From assembly GCA_030668615.1 (NCBI GenBank), contig DAOUTQ010000002.1, forward strand, positions 1 to 44,845: 44,845 nucleotides of DNA. The letters run 5' to 3'. This DNA comes from Bacteroidales bacterium (GTDB taxonomy: Bacteria; Bacteroidota; Bacteroidia; Bacteroidales; UBA12077). This document shows, piece by piece, positions 18,473 to 28,159 of the stretch; positions within the stretch are counted from its first letter, which is position 1, and the number at the start of each line of letters is the position of its first letter. The notes under the pieces are model-generated. The model was not told where the DNA came from. It saw nothing but the letters and a program-made list of their open reading frames with translations, and ran no database searches. The position numbers and the translations under genes were made by a program.

Positions 18473-21400
18473 ATGAACATCATGAAATTATTATCTTTTA
18501 CTATACTGGCAATACTTTTAAACATAGCAGTCTATTCACAAACTGTAGTTTTTAGTGAAAATTTTGAAAGTATAACCCCGCCTGACCTACCATCGGGATG
18601 GACTCAGGAAAAAGTAGTGGGCTTGGTTCTTGTTGAATGGGAAACACTTTCAGGTGGGCATTCAGGTAATCCAGCTTCAGCTTCAGAGGGTAGCTATAAC
18701 GCCATTTTCCAATATCAAAGTAGTAATGGTGAAGCAACTAAATTAATTTCTCCTGTAATTGACCTTTCCGAGGTTTCAAAACCAGAGTTACGATTTGACC
18801 ATGCACAGGACATTTGGTTTGCCGGTGAAGAAGATTGGGATCAATTAAGGGTATATTATAAAAGAGGAGCAGATAGTGCATGGGTAATGCTCGAAGAATA
18901 TTTATATCCGGTTGAGGACTGGGAAGAAAGAGCAATATTATTACCTGACAGCAGTCTTTGTTCTACTTACTACATTGCTTTTGAAGGAATTACTGGTTAC
19001 GGGCATGGTGTTGTAATAGATGATATTCAAATAGTTGAAACAGGTGTTATACCTTTATATATAGAATCAGTTAGTATAAAACAAGCACAATCAGGTTTTA
19101 TTCCCACGGGAACAGATAATAATCCGGTTATAAGAATTGAAATTAATGTTCAGGGAAATGATGGTGTTTTAACTCTTGATTCTATAGCATTTGAATCAAA
19201 TAATACTTCAGATAGTGATATTAGTACAAATGGTGTCAAAATTTTTGCTACTAATGACACAATTTTTGATGCATATACACAATTAGGCTCAGGTAATTTT
19301 TCTGCAGGAAAAATAACTTTTGACAACCTAAATCATACTCTTAACCGCGGTTTAACAACTGTTTGGCTTACTTATGATATTAAAACAGATGTATCTCACG
19401 AATTGCATGGAAATGTTGCAGATGCATTAATAAGGGAATCAGCAATAAAAATAAACAATTCGTATTACCCATTTCTTGATCAATCTCCAAATGGGTCAAG
19501 AGAAATATATGAAACTGTATTCTTTGATGACTTTGAAACGGATAAGGGTTGGAGATTAAAAGGTGATTTTGTAAGAGGAACTCCACAAGGATTAAAAGGT
19601 GACCTTTACGGAAGTCCTGATCCTGAAGAAGCATTCTCAGGATCAAATGTAATTGGGAATGATCTTGCTGGCGATGGAAATTATGCAAATAGCGTAGTAG
19701 ATACTGCTAATGTAGCGCAGTTACCAACTTTTAATTTTAAGTATTATAAAGATATTCAGTTAACGTTTTATCGATGGCTAAATGTCGAGTCCTATATTTT
19801 TGATAGAGCCAAAATACTTGTTAATAATGATACTGATACTATATGGGATGAAGTTTGGGGAAATCCCACATTGGCAATTTTAAATGAAAATATCTGGAAT
19901 TATCATACCTACGATTTATCACCTTATTTTGAAAGAGAACCTCTATCTAAACTAAAATTTACATTAGGACCAACAAATTCTACAAAGAACTATTCAGGAT
20001 GGAACATCGATGATGTTATTATTGTTGGTGATTTCATTTCTAAAGATGTTGGAATTACTGAATGGATTGCTCCGCTTGATGGTTGTGGACATACTGATGA
20101 AGAATATGTGAATATTAAAATTCAGAATTATGCAGGAGAAATATTAAACGATCCTTTACCCGTTAGCTATTCGTTTGATGGTGGTGAAACTATAGCGTAT
20201 GACACTATAACAAATCCCAATATTGCAATTGACGGCTTTTTAATTTATCAAATTGATAAACCTATAGACCTTTCTACTCCAGGCTGGTACAATAATGTAT
20301 ATGCCAGAACACATTTGCCTGGAGATGAGGATAATACAAACAACAGGATAGATATATCAATATTTATTACACCAACTTATGGTTTGCCTTACTACGAAGA
20401 TTTTGAAACAAATTACGGATACTATCTTTCAGGAGGTATAAACTCAACATGGGAGTACGGTACACCAGCAGCAACATTAATTGATGCGGCTGCTTCGGGG
20501 ACAAAAGCATGGGTAACAAATTTAACAGGTGAGTATGATACAAATGATTCATCATATCTTGAAAGTCCGTGTTTTAACTTTTCAGGTTCTGATTCAATTA
20601 TATTTGAATTTAAATGTAAAGGTATATCAGAAGATAAAACAGATGGATTGTCGTTATTATACTCATTGGATGAAGGTGAAACCTGGGATCTGGTTCCGGA
20701 CGATGGAGATTTTTACTGGAACTGGTACACCGAAGCAAATATCAGTGACCTGGAGTTACCTGGAATTGACACCACAAATGGAGAATGGCTTACTTTCAGA
20801 CAGATTCTTCCACTGGCAGTTACCAACCAAAGCAGTGTTAAATTTAAGTTTGTTTTTGAAAGTAATGATAACACAAATGATGAAGGATTTGGTATTGATG
20901 ATATCCGAATTTATGACGCACCTGATGATGTTGGAATCAGTACAATTTCGGAACCGGTTACAGCATGTGAAATAGGAGCAAATACACTGGTGAAAGTATT
21001 TGTTGAGAATTACGGAATAACTACTATTCCAACAGATACAAAAATTCCTTTAACTCTAAAATTCAACTCCGATATTATTAATGATACTTTAACGCTGGCA
21101 AGCGATTTATTATCCGGCAACAATATTCTTTTTACATTCGGAACAAATGTGGATATGTCATATGCCGGTGATTTCGATTTCACGGTTTATACAAAATTTG
21201 AAAGTGACACTTATTTCTATAATGAAACAGTGAGTAATGATACAATTTATGATACAATTTCTGTAACAGGAATGCCAAATTACAATCCATTTAACGATCA
21301 GATGGGTGATGCTGCTCCTATTGACACTTTTTTGGTTGCAGGAGAAGGATTCACAACATACACCTGGGGTGATAGTATACCAAATGATTTAGCTCCTAAT

Positions 21401-23977
21401 GATACTTTATTCGTTCAGTATCCTGGATGGTATGAAGTAACTGTAGAAAATGGTGTTGGTTGTACTTCCCATGATTCTGTTGAAGTTGTGTCTTCTTTAA
21501 TCGATATGAAAATGGATAGTTTGTTTACTGTCAGAGCGGATTCATGTGAAAGAAACGAATTAACTGAATTAATAGTTCGGATTACACACAATAGTTTAAG
21601 TGACCTTACTCCCCTTGATACAATATGGATGGCTTATCAGATTAATGAAAACACTGTTGTAGAAGACACTTTAATTCTTACTGAAGATTTTGTTATTGGA
21701 ACAACAGAACTGTTTACTTATACAGAAAAGTGCGATCTGCGTACTCCAGGAATTTATAATGTAAAAGTATTTACCAATGTTTTAAAAGATCTGGATCATA
21801 GTGACGATACGCTAACCAGAATATTTAACACCAACGGATACGTAGAAATTGACCTGAATTATGATACTGCATATTCATCACAGGCAGATACCTTAGATTT
21901 AGTTGCCACAGCAGGCTATTTGAATTATACATGGAACACAGCAGAAACTAATGATTCTATTAAACCACCAAACAATTTAAGTAACTGGTTTTATGTAACG
22001 GTAACAGATAATTTTGCATGTGGGAGCGATTCTGATTCCGTTTTTGTTCAAACATATGATTTTGGAATTAACAGTGTTATAAATCCTGTAAGTGACTGTG
22101 GACATACAACCACTGAACCAATACAGGTGTCAATTCATAATTATAGTGGCAATACATATTTAACAGGTACAAAAATTCCTTTCAGATTTGATTTTAATGG
22201 CGCTGGATGGATAAATGACACTGCTACTCTTGTAAGTGATTTGGGATCCGGTATTGACAGGACACTGACGTTAACAAATACTGTAAATCCGAATATAGAC
22301 GGAAGTTATTCATTTATTATAGAAGTTGACTCAGATCAAGACGCCAATTCATTAAACGATAGTTTCGATGGAGCATTCGAAACATACGGTTATCCTGAAG
22401 TTACGCTGCCCTATGACACTATTTACACAGCTCAGGCAGATACGGTAGTTTTAATAGCCCAAAGTGGTTTTGCTACTTATAACTGGAGTAACGGAACGAG
22501 CAACGACACTCTTAATATAGCAAGAAAAGACTCTGAAAAATATGTTGTTACAGCTGAAGACAATTATGGTTGTATTACCAGTAAAGATTCAACTCAGATT
22601 ATTACTTATAATTTGAGTTTAAGTACTATGGTAAGTCCTAAAATCGGATGTTCTCATACTGCTACTGAAGCTGTTTTAATTACTGTCAAAAACTCAGGAT
22701 ACGATACCTTAAAAACAGGTGCTGTTATTCCGGTTGCCTATATCATGAATGAAGGATCGGTTATTAATGAAAACTTTGTATTGGGATCAGATCTCAGACC
22801 ATCTGAAACTGCAAATTATGAATTTGTAACAACTGAAGACTTATCTGCAATTAGTACTTATAAATTTAAAGTTTATACTGATTTTGAATTTGATGTTTAC
22901 AGAGCAAACGATACTTTGGTTGATGCAATTAAAACTTTTGGTTATCCTTCAACAGAAATTGGTACAGATATTTACACAACACAACCAGATACAGTTGAGT
23001 TAGTTGCAGAACAAGGGTTTTATGGCTATTTCTGGAATACCGGGATACAAAATGACACATTAATAGTAACTTATCCGGCAACAAAATTATACAGAATTAC
23101 TGTAAGTGATTTAAATGGATGTACTGCCAGTGATGAATTAACTGTTTACACTTATAATATTACTACAGATTCATTAATAAATCCTCCACATCCATATGAA
23201 ACCTGTGATGCTTTAAGCGATGAACCTATTATAATTCAGTATATTAACAGCAGTAAGGATACTTTATTAGTAGGTGAATCAATTAGTTTTAGTTATTCTA
23301 TAAATTCTGGTAGTGCAGTTAATGGATCACATGTTCTTACCGAGATTCTTTACCCTGATAGCACAGGAGAGTTCGAGTTTACTCAAACAGCTGACTTATT
23401 AGAAAGTATTACATATGAATTTAATATTGTTTCGAGAAAAACAACTAATGATGCAGATACAGATGATGCTTTAATTAAGGATGTTAATATAAATGCACCT
23501 ATCGTAGACTTAGGTTCTGATACTGTATACTTTACCACTAATGTTGAACTTGAGCCTACAGACTCATATATAAGTTATTCGTGGTCTACTGGAGAAACAA
23601 CTCCTTCAATTGTTGTAAATGAAAGTGGTACGTATAAGGTTACTGTTGTTAATGCAGAGGGATGTACCGGTTTTGGTCAGATTGAAGCTGTTAATACTAC
23701 AGGTATTGATAATATTGTACAGGGAGAAGATTACAAAATAACATACTTCCCTAATCCTGCTACAGAGAAGCTGAACCTTGTATTCGAAAATAAAAAGTCT
23801 ACAGATGTTATTATTGAAATTATCAATATCAATGGTGGAATTATATACAATAACAAGCTTTCAGATGTGTTGAATGAAGTGAAGCAAATTGATGTAAATC
23901 CATTTACTTCGGGAGTATACTTTATTCGATTCAGAATAGATGATGAATATTATTTGAAGAAGCTCATAATACAATAA
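18473..23977 (+). CDS. Giant T9SS cargo: three MAM/choice-of-anchor-J-like jelly-roll modules, five bipartite repeat modules, C-terminal type-A sorting domain
   Basis: Signal peptide. ENFES/FFDDFETDKGW/YYEDFETNYGY module starts, each ending in (I/V)DD(I/V). C-terminus YFPNPATEKLNLVF...GVYFIRF...KLIIQ is a Por_secre_tail (type A CTD). Confidence 0.9.
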   Translation: MNIMKLLSFTILAILLNIAVYSQTVVFSENFESITPPDLPSGWTQEKVVGLVLVEWETLSGGHSGNPASASEGSYNAIFQYQSSNGEATKLISPVIDLSEVSKPELRFDHAQDIWFAGEEDWDQLRVYYKRGADSAWVMLEEYLYPVEDWEERAILLPDSSLCSTYYIAFEGITGYGHGVVIDDIQIVETGVIPLYIESVSIKQAQSGFIPTGTDNNPVIRIEINVQGNDGVLTLDSIAFESNNTSDSDISTNGVKIFATNDTIFDAYTQLGSGNFSAGKITFDNLNHTLNRGLTTVWLTYDIKTDVSHELHGNVADALIRESAIKINNSYYPFLDQSPNGSREIYETVFFDDFETDKGWRLKGDFVRGTPQGLKGDLYGSPDPEEAFSGSNVIGNDLAGDGNYANSVVDTANVAQLPTFNFKYYKDIQLTFYRWLNVESYIFDRAKILVNNDTDTIWDEVWGNPTLAILNENIWNYHTYDLSPYFEREPLSKLKFTLGPTNSTKNYSGWNIDDVIIVGDFISKDVGITEWIAPLDGCGHTDEEYVNIKIQNYAGEILNDPLPVSYSFDGGETIAYDTITNPNIAIDGFLIYQIDKPIDLSTPGWYNNVYARTHLPGDEDNTNNRIDISIFITPTYGLPYYEDFETNYGYYLSGGINSTWEYGTPAATLIDAAASGTKAWVTNLTGEYDTNDSSYLESPCFNFSGSDSIIFEFKCKGISEDKTDGLSLLYSLDEGETWDLVPDDGDFYWNWYTEANISDLELPGIDTTNGEWLTFRQILPLAVTNQSSVKFKFVFESNDNTNDEGFGIDDIRIYDAPDDVGISTISEPVTACEIGANTLVKVFVENYGITTIPTDTKIPLTLKFNSDIINDTLTLASDLLSGNNILFTFGTNVDMSYAGDFDFTVYTKFESDTYFYNETVSNDTIYDTISVTGMPNYNPFNDQMGDAAPIDTFLVAGEGFTTYTWGDSIPNDLAPNDTLFVQYPGWYEVTVENGVGCTSHDSVEVVSSLIDMKMDSLFTVRADSCERNELTELIVRITHNSLSDLTPLDTIWMAYQINENTVVEDTLILTEDFVIGTTELFTYTEKCDLRTPGIYNVKVFTNVLKDLDHSDDTLTRIFNTNGYVEIDLNYDTAYSSQADTLDLVATAGYLNYTWNTAETNDSIKPPNNLSNWFYVTVTDNFACGSDSDSVFVQTYDFGINSVINPVSDCGHTTTEPIQVSIHNYSGNTYLTGTKIPFRFDFNGAGWINDTATLVSDLGSGIDRTLTLTNTVNPNIDGSYSFIIEVDSDQDANSLNDSFDGAFETYGYPEVTLPYDTIYTAQADTVVLIAQSGFATYNWSNGTSNDTLNIARKDSEKYVVTAEDNYGCITSKDSTQIITYNLSLSTMVSPKIGCSHTATEAVLITVKNSGYDTLKTGAVIPVAYIMNEGSVINENFVLGSDLRPSETANYEFVTTEDLSAISTYKFKVYTDFEFDVYRANDTLVDAIKTFGYPSTEIGTDIYTTQPDTVELVAEQGFYGYFWNTGIQNDTLIVTYPATKLYRITVSDLNGCTASDELTVYTYNITTDSLINPPHPYETCDALSDEPIIIQYINSSKDTLLVGESISFSYSINSGSAVNGSHVLTEILYPDSTGEFEFTQTADLLESITYEFNIVSRKTTNDADTDDALIKDVNINAPIVDLGSDTVYFTTNVELEPTDSYISYSWSTGETTPSIVVNESGTYKVTVVNAEGCTGFGQIEAVNTTGIDNIVQGEDYKITYFPNPATEKLNLVFENKKSTDVIIEIININGGIIYNNKLSDVLNEVKQIDVNPFTSGVYFIRFRIDDEYYLKKLIIQ

Positions 23978-23988
23978 TATACTAAAAA

Positions 23989-24017
23989 GAAAGCCGGATA
24001 ATTCCGGCTTTCTTTTT
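23989..24017. terminator. Bidirectional Rho-independent terminator
   Basis: 10-bp perfect stem GAAAGCCGGA/TCCGGCTTTC, loop TAAT, A-run upstream and T-run downstream. Lies between convergent genes. Confidence 0.8.
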
Positions 24018-24582
24018 ATGAAATAATTATTTCGTTTAAATCACTTTTGGGAACATGATGAACCTGATTTTCATCACGGTAATATTTAATATCATTATTC
24101 AGAGCTTCTTCAATTACTATTTCTTCTTTTGGCTTACCCAACGCAATAACTAATAGAACCTCAAAATGATCTTCTATATTTAAAAGCTCTTTCAATTTCT
24201 CTCTTTTTATTGAAGCAAAGATACAGCCTCCAAGACCTTTTTCTACTGCACCTAAAAGCATACTTTGAGAAACAATTCCATGATCACAGAAGTAATTTTT
24301 TGTTAAGCGTGAATCACCTAAAATAACAATGTATCCGGCAGGCTTTTCTCCTTCTTCGGGTCCATTCCAATCCTTTAAATATCCAGCCCATGCTAAAGTT
24401 GAAAATATTTTTGCATTGGTTTCATCATCGGCAGATAAAAAATATTTTAGGGGTTGTAAATTTTTTCCAGAAGGCGAAAGTCTTGCTAATTCTACCAGTT
24501 CTTTTAAATCATTAATCGATATTTTAGAATCCTGATAAAACCTTCTGTAGCTTCGGTTTTTTAATATTAAATCTTTAATCAT
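24016..24582 (-). CDS. Nitroreductase-family (FMN) oxidoreductase
   Basis: N-terminal RSYRRF motif (KNRSYRRFYQD), PS..N.QP motif (SPSGKNLQPLKY), 188 aa. Confidence 0.8.
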   Translation of the reverse strand: MIKDLILKNRSYRRFYQDSKISINDLKELVELARLSPSGKNLQPLKYFLSADDETNAKIFSTLAWAGYLKDWNGPEEGEKPAGYIVILGDSRLTKNYFCDHGIVSQSMLLGAVEKGLGGCIFASIKREKLKELLNIEDHFEVLLVIALGKPKEEIVIEEALNNDIKYYRDENQVHHVPKSDLNEIIIS

Positions 24583-24608
24583 AATCTTAGTATTTTTCGA
24601 AAAGGTAC

Positions 24609-24645
24609 AAAAAAAAGATGGTCACTCAATTTGACCATCTTTTTA
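24609..24645. terminator. Rho-independent terminator (serves rubrerythrin on the minus strand)
   Basis: 9-bp perfect stem AGATGGTCA/TGACCATCT with a 7-nt loop, flanked by A8 and T5 runs. Confidence 0.8.
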
Positions 24646-24662
24646 TTAAAGGGTTTAAGTTT

Positions 24663-25238
24663 TTAATAGTTTGTTTGCTCAATTTCGAAATAAGCTTCAG
24701 GGTGAGCACAAACAGGGCAGTTTTTTAAGGCTTTTGTACTTTCATGAACATGTCCACACTTACGACAAACCCATCGAACTTTCTCTTCGCGCTCGAAAAC
24801 TTTACCATTTTCAATGTTTTCAATTAATTTACGGTATCTTGCTTCGTGTTCAGCTTCAATTTTAGCAATTAATTTATATGCTATTGCAATCTTCTTGAAA
24901 CCTTCTTCTTCAGCAATTCTTGCAAACTCTGGATAAAGATCTGTCCATTCTTCATTTTCACCATCAGCTGCAGCTTTTAAATTTTCAGCAGTAGTTCCTA
25001 TAACTCCTGCCGGATATGATGCTGTAATTTCAACCATACCACCTTCAAGAAATTTGAAAAAAGTTTTAGCGTGCTGTTGCTCCTGCATTGCTGTTTCGTT
25101 AAAGAATTCAGCAATTTGCTCGTAGCCTTCTTTTTTAGCCACTTTTGCAAAAAACTCATATCTGTTTTTCGCCTGTGATTCTCCAGCAAACGATTTTAAT
25201 AAATTTTGTTCTGTACGTGTTCCTTTTAAAGAGCTCAT
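24663..25238 (-). CDS. rbr: Rubrerythrin
   Basis: Ferritin-like di-iron N-domain (TEQNLLKSFAGESQAKNRY...EQQHA...EAEHEARY) plus C-terminal rubredoxin-like CRKCGH...CPVCAHP. Confidence 0.95.
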   Translation of the reverse strand: MSSLKGTRTEQNLLKSFAGESQAKNRYEFFAKVAKKEGYEQIAEFFNETAMQEQQHAKTFFKFLEGGMVEITASYPAGVIGTTAENLKAAADGENEEWTDLYPEFARIAEEEGFKKIAIAYKLIAKIEAEHEARYRKLIENIENGKVFEREEKVRWVCRKCGHVHESTKALKNCPVCAHPEAYFEIEQTNY

Positions 25239-25363
25239 AATCTATTGTTTAATTGTAATTATTAAAATATTCAAATTGAATTCGAAGATATAAAAATCAG
25301 CACGTATAAAAAGGTAATTAACTACCTAATTAATCAATTTAAAATGATTTTAAATACGCATAG

Positions 25364-25939
25364 CTAATATCGTAAAGAAATAACTTCCCAGTCAATAATA
25401 GTCCAGAAGCCTGAAATATAATCAGGACGTTTATTCTGGTAATCGAGATAATAAGCATGCTCCCATACATCGCAGGTTAAAATGGGTATTAATCCTTCTG
25501 TTAATGGATTTTCTGCATTTGTAGATTGCACAATATCCAGGCTTCCATTTGGTTTTTTTACCAGCCATGTCCAGCCTGATCCAAATAGGGTTTTTGCAGC
25601 ATTTGAGAATTTCTCTTTAAACTCATCAAAAGAACCAAAGCTTGAATTAATAGCAATTAAAAGCTCGCCTCTTAACTTCTCAATTTTATTTTTTCCAAAC
25701 TGATCAAAATAAAATGTGTGATTCCAGACTTGAGCAGCATTATTAAAGATTCCACCTTTTGCTTTCAAAATAATATCAATGATTTCCATTTCTTCAAATT
25801 CGGTCCCTTTTGTCAGGTTGTTTAAATTATTAACATAGGCCGCATGATGCTTGTCGTGATGAAACTCAAGAGTTTGTTTTGAAATTACGGGTACCAGTGC
25901 ATCGTATTCATAAGGCAATTTAGGTAATTCGAAAGGCAT
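25364..25939 (-). CDS. sodB: Superoxide dismutase, Fe-type sequence signature
   Basis: MPFELPKLPYEYDAL start (ATG at 25939, so I trimmed the ORF-track extension). FNNAAQVWNHTFYF, GSGWTWLV, STNAENPL and [16 protein letters not shown] closely parallel E. coli SodB signatures. Confidence 0.9.
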   Translation of the reverse strand: MPFELPKLPYEYDALVPVISKQTLEFHHDKHHAAYVNNLNNLTKGTEFEEMEIIDIILKAKGGIFNNAAQVWNHTFYFDQFGKNKIEKLRGELLIAINSSFGSFDEFKEKFSNAAKTLFGSGWTWLVKKPNGSLDIVQSTNAENPLTEGLIPILTCDVWEHAYYLDYQNKRPDYISGFWTIIDWEVISLRY

Positions 25940-26003
25940 AATTTTATATTTTAAGTTTAAGATTAATTCGTTAAACAAATTTAAACAATATAAAATTAAT
26001 GAC

Positions 26004-26032
26004 TAAAAAAAGCCGGAGAATTACTCTCCGAC
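26004..26032 (-). terminator. Rho-independent terminator of the upstream (Mn-type) SOD gene
   Basis: Minus strand: CGGAGA/TCTCCG 6-bp stem followed by a T7 run. Confidence 0.55.
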
Positions 26033-26080
26033 TTTTGAAACCTAAATTACAACTAAATCTACCTGTCGGCAGACAGATAA

Positions 26081-26677
26081 CTAAACAAAACTTTTAGCAA
26101 CTTGATCCCAATCAACTACATTCCAAAAGGCATCAATATATTCCGGTCTTTTATTCTGATATTTAAGATAATATGCATGTTCCCAGACATCAAGACCTAA
26201 TATTGGAGCTCCTTTTACTTCTGCTAAATCCATTAACGGATTGTCCTGATTTGGTGTTGATGTAACAACAAGTTTACCTCCCTGATTCACCAGCCATGCC
26301 CATCCTGAACCAAATCTGGTAGCCGCTGCTTTATTAAATAATTCTTTAAATACTGAAAAAGAACCAAAATCTTTATTAATTGCATTTAATAAATCACCAT
26401 TTGGTTCACCTCCGCCATTTGGCGACATAATTTCCCAGAATAATTTGTGATTGTAAAAACCACCTCCATTATTTCTTACTGCAACTGATTGCTTCGATAT
26501 ATTCTTTAAGATATCTTCAATAGATAAATTATCTAACTCTGTATCTTTAATTGCATTATTTAAATTATTAGTATATCCTGCATGATGTTTTGTATGATGG
26601 ATTTCCATTGTACGCGCATCAATGTTAGGTTCTAATGCATTATAATCGTATGATAATTGTGGTAATTCAAAAGCCAT
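26081..26677 (-). CDS. sodA: Superoxide dismutase, Mn-type sequence signature
   Basis: [48 protein letters not shown] and [18 protein letters not shown] parallel E. coli SodA signatures (active-site Gln in the C-terminal domain). Confidence 0.9.
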   Translation of the reverse strand: MAFELPQLSYDYNALEPNIDARTMEIHHTKHHAGYTNNLNNAIKDTELDNLSIEDILKNISKQSVAVRNNGGGFYNHKLFWEIMSPNGGGEPNGDLLNAINKDFGSFSVFKELFNKAAATRFGSGWAWLVNQGGKLVVTSTPNQDNPLMDLAEVKGAPILGLDVWEHAYYLKYQNKRPEYIDAFWNVVDWDQVAKSFV

Positions 26678-26809
26678 AATCTTAATTTATTTTAAAAGTT
26701 AAACATTTTTATTTAGATTCATTCTAATTAATTTATCTTTATAACAAAGAACATATCCAATTGTTTACTATATTTTAAAAAATTATTTTCGCACTATAAA
26801 TACAGCGAT

Positions 26810-28108
26810 TTGAACAGAAGAATACTAAATATTGCCATCCCAAACATCATTAGCAACATTACTGTTCCTTTGCTTGGAATAGTGGATTTAGCACTGGTCG
26901 GACATCTTGATTCAAAAGTTTACATTGGAGCTATTGCTCTTGGCGGCATGATTTTTAATTTTATTTATTGGGGGTTTAGCTTTCTAAGAATGGGAACCGG
27001 TGGTTTCGCTGCACAATCATATGGTAAAAAAGATTTTCGTGAAAGCTTTTATATTCTTTACAGAGCTCTTTTTGTAGGTTTTATTGGTGCTTTTTTTTTA
27101 CTTATAATTCAAAAACCTATTGAGTTATTTAGCTTCTTTATAATTAATGGTAGTGATGAAGTAGAATTTTTTGCTCGTCAATATTTCTATATAAGAATTT
27201 GGGCTGCTCCAGCCACAATAGCTCTTTATTCTATTACAGGATGGTATATTGGAATGCAAAATGCCAAAATCCCGATGATTATTGCTATCACTGTTAATCT
27301 GTTAAATGTTGGTTTCAATGTTTTATTCATTAAAGTATTCGGGATGAAATCGGATGGAGTTGCACTTGGCACTGTGCTTGCTCAATATTTCGGATTATTT
27401 GTAGCTCTATTGTTTTTATCAAAACACTCCTTACGATTAAGATTATATCTTAATGTGAAAGAGATTCTGCAAAAAAAAGCTCTTAAGAGATTCTTCCATG
27501 TTAATAAAGATATTTTTATCCGTACCATGAGTTTAGTTTTTGCTTTATCTTTTTTCACAGCAAAATCTGCCAAATACGGAGATACTTTACTTGCTGTAAA
27601 TACTTTACTACTTCAGTTTTTTATGATTTATGCACACGTTATTGATGGGTTTGCATTTGCAGGTGAAGCCTTAGCGGGCAAATATTTCGGTGCAGGAAAT
27701 AAAACAAACCTTATAAAAGCAACTAAACTCCTGTTTTATTGGGGCTTATTAATGGCAGGCATCTTTACCGTTGCGTACTACTTTGGAGATAATTTGCTAT
27801 TAAAAATCTTAACTGATAATTCAGAAATAATTCAGGAAATTAAACCATATTTATTTTGGATTTACTTAATTCCTATTGTCACATTCGGAGCATTTATTTG
27901 GGATGGGATTTTTATCGGAGTAACCGCATCGGCAAGCATGCGAAATGCAATGTTGATTTCAACTTTCTTAGTTTTTCTACCTTCATACTTTTTGTTTTAT
28001 TATTATTTAGGCAATCATGGTTTATGGGCTTCCTTTATAGTTTTCATGATCGCCAGATTTGTAACTCTAAGTATTTATGCTCCTAATGCAATATTCAGAA
28101 GAATTTAG
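26810..28108 (+). CDS. MATE-family (DinF-like) efflux transporter
   Basis: About 12 predicted TM helices. N-terminal ILNIAIPNIISNITVPLLGIVDLALVGHL motif typical of MATE. The ORF track starts at TTG, so the start is uncertain. Confidence 0.85.
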   Translation: MNRRILNIAIPNIISNITVPLLGIVDLALVGHLDSKVYIGAIALGGMIFNFIYWGFSFLRMGTGGFAAQSYGKKDFRESFYILYRALFVGFIGAFFLLIIQKPIELFSFFIINGSDEVEFFARQYFYIRIWAAPATIALYSITGWYIGMQNAKIPMIIAITVNLLNVGFNVLFIKVFGMKSDGVALGTVLAQYFGLFVALLFLSKHSLRLRLYLNVKEILQKKALKRFFHVNKDIFIRTMSLVFALSFFTAKSAKYGDTLLAVNTLLLQFFMIYAHVIDGFAFAGEALAGKYFGAGNKTNLIKATKLLFYWGLLMAGIFTVAYYFGDNLLLKILTDNSEIIQEIKPYLFWIYLIPIVTFGAFIWDGIFIGVTASASMRNAMLISTFLVFLPSYFLFYYYLGNHGLWASFIVFMIARFVTLSIYAPNAIFRRI

Positions 28109-28159
28109 AATATTTTAAAGTTTTTATTACTTTTATATTCTTATAAAAGTATCCTTATT

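Noticed and set aside
12316-23977. Many 60-150-aa ORFs in the track nested inside or antisense to the two giant genes (for example 13107..13352, 14589..14816, 17304..17570, 19380..19688, 20529..20975).
   Set aside because: All lie fully within much longer, domain-rich CDSs. They have low-complexity Leu/Ile/Gln/His-rich translations typical of out-of-frame or antisense reading of AT-rich DNA, and no independent signals. The same reasoning applies to nested ORFs inside aor, the TonB-dependent receptor, the kinase, the POT transporter and other genes.
25940-25978. N-terminal extensions offered by the ORF track (SOD 25940..25978; T9SS cargo 39752..39793; lipoprotein 41802..41858; STAS-like 44503..44682).
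   Set aside because: Internal ATGs give canonical N-termini: MPFELP for the SOD, and signal or lipobox peptides for the others. The extensions are low-complexity and overlap likely promoter regions.
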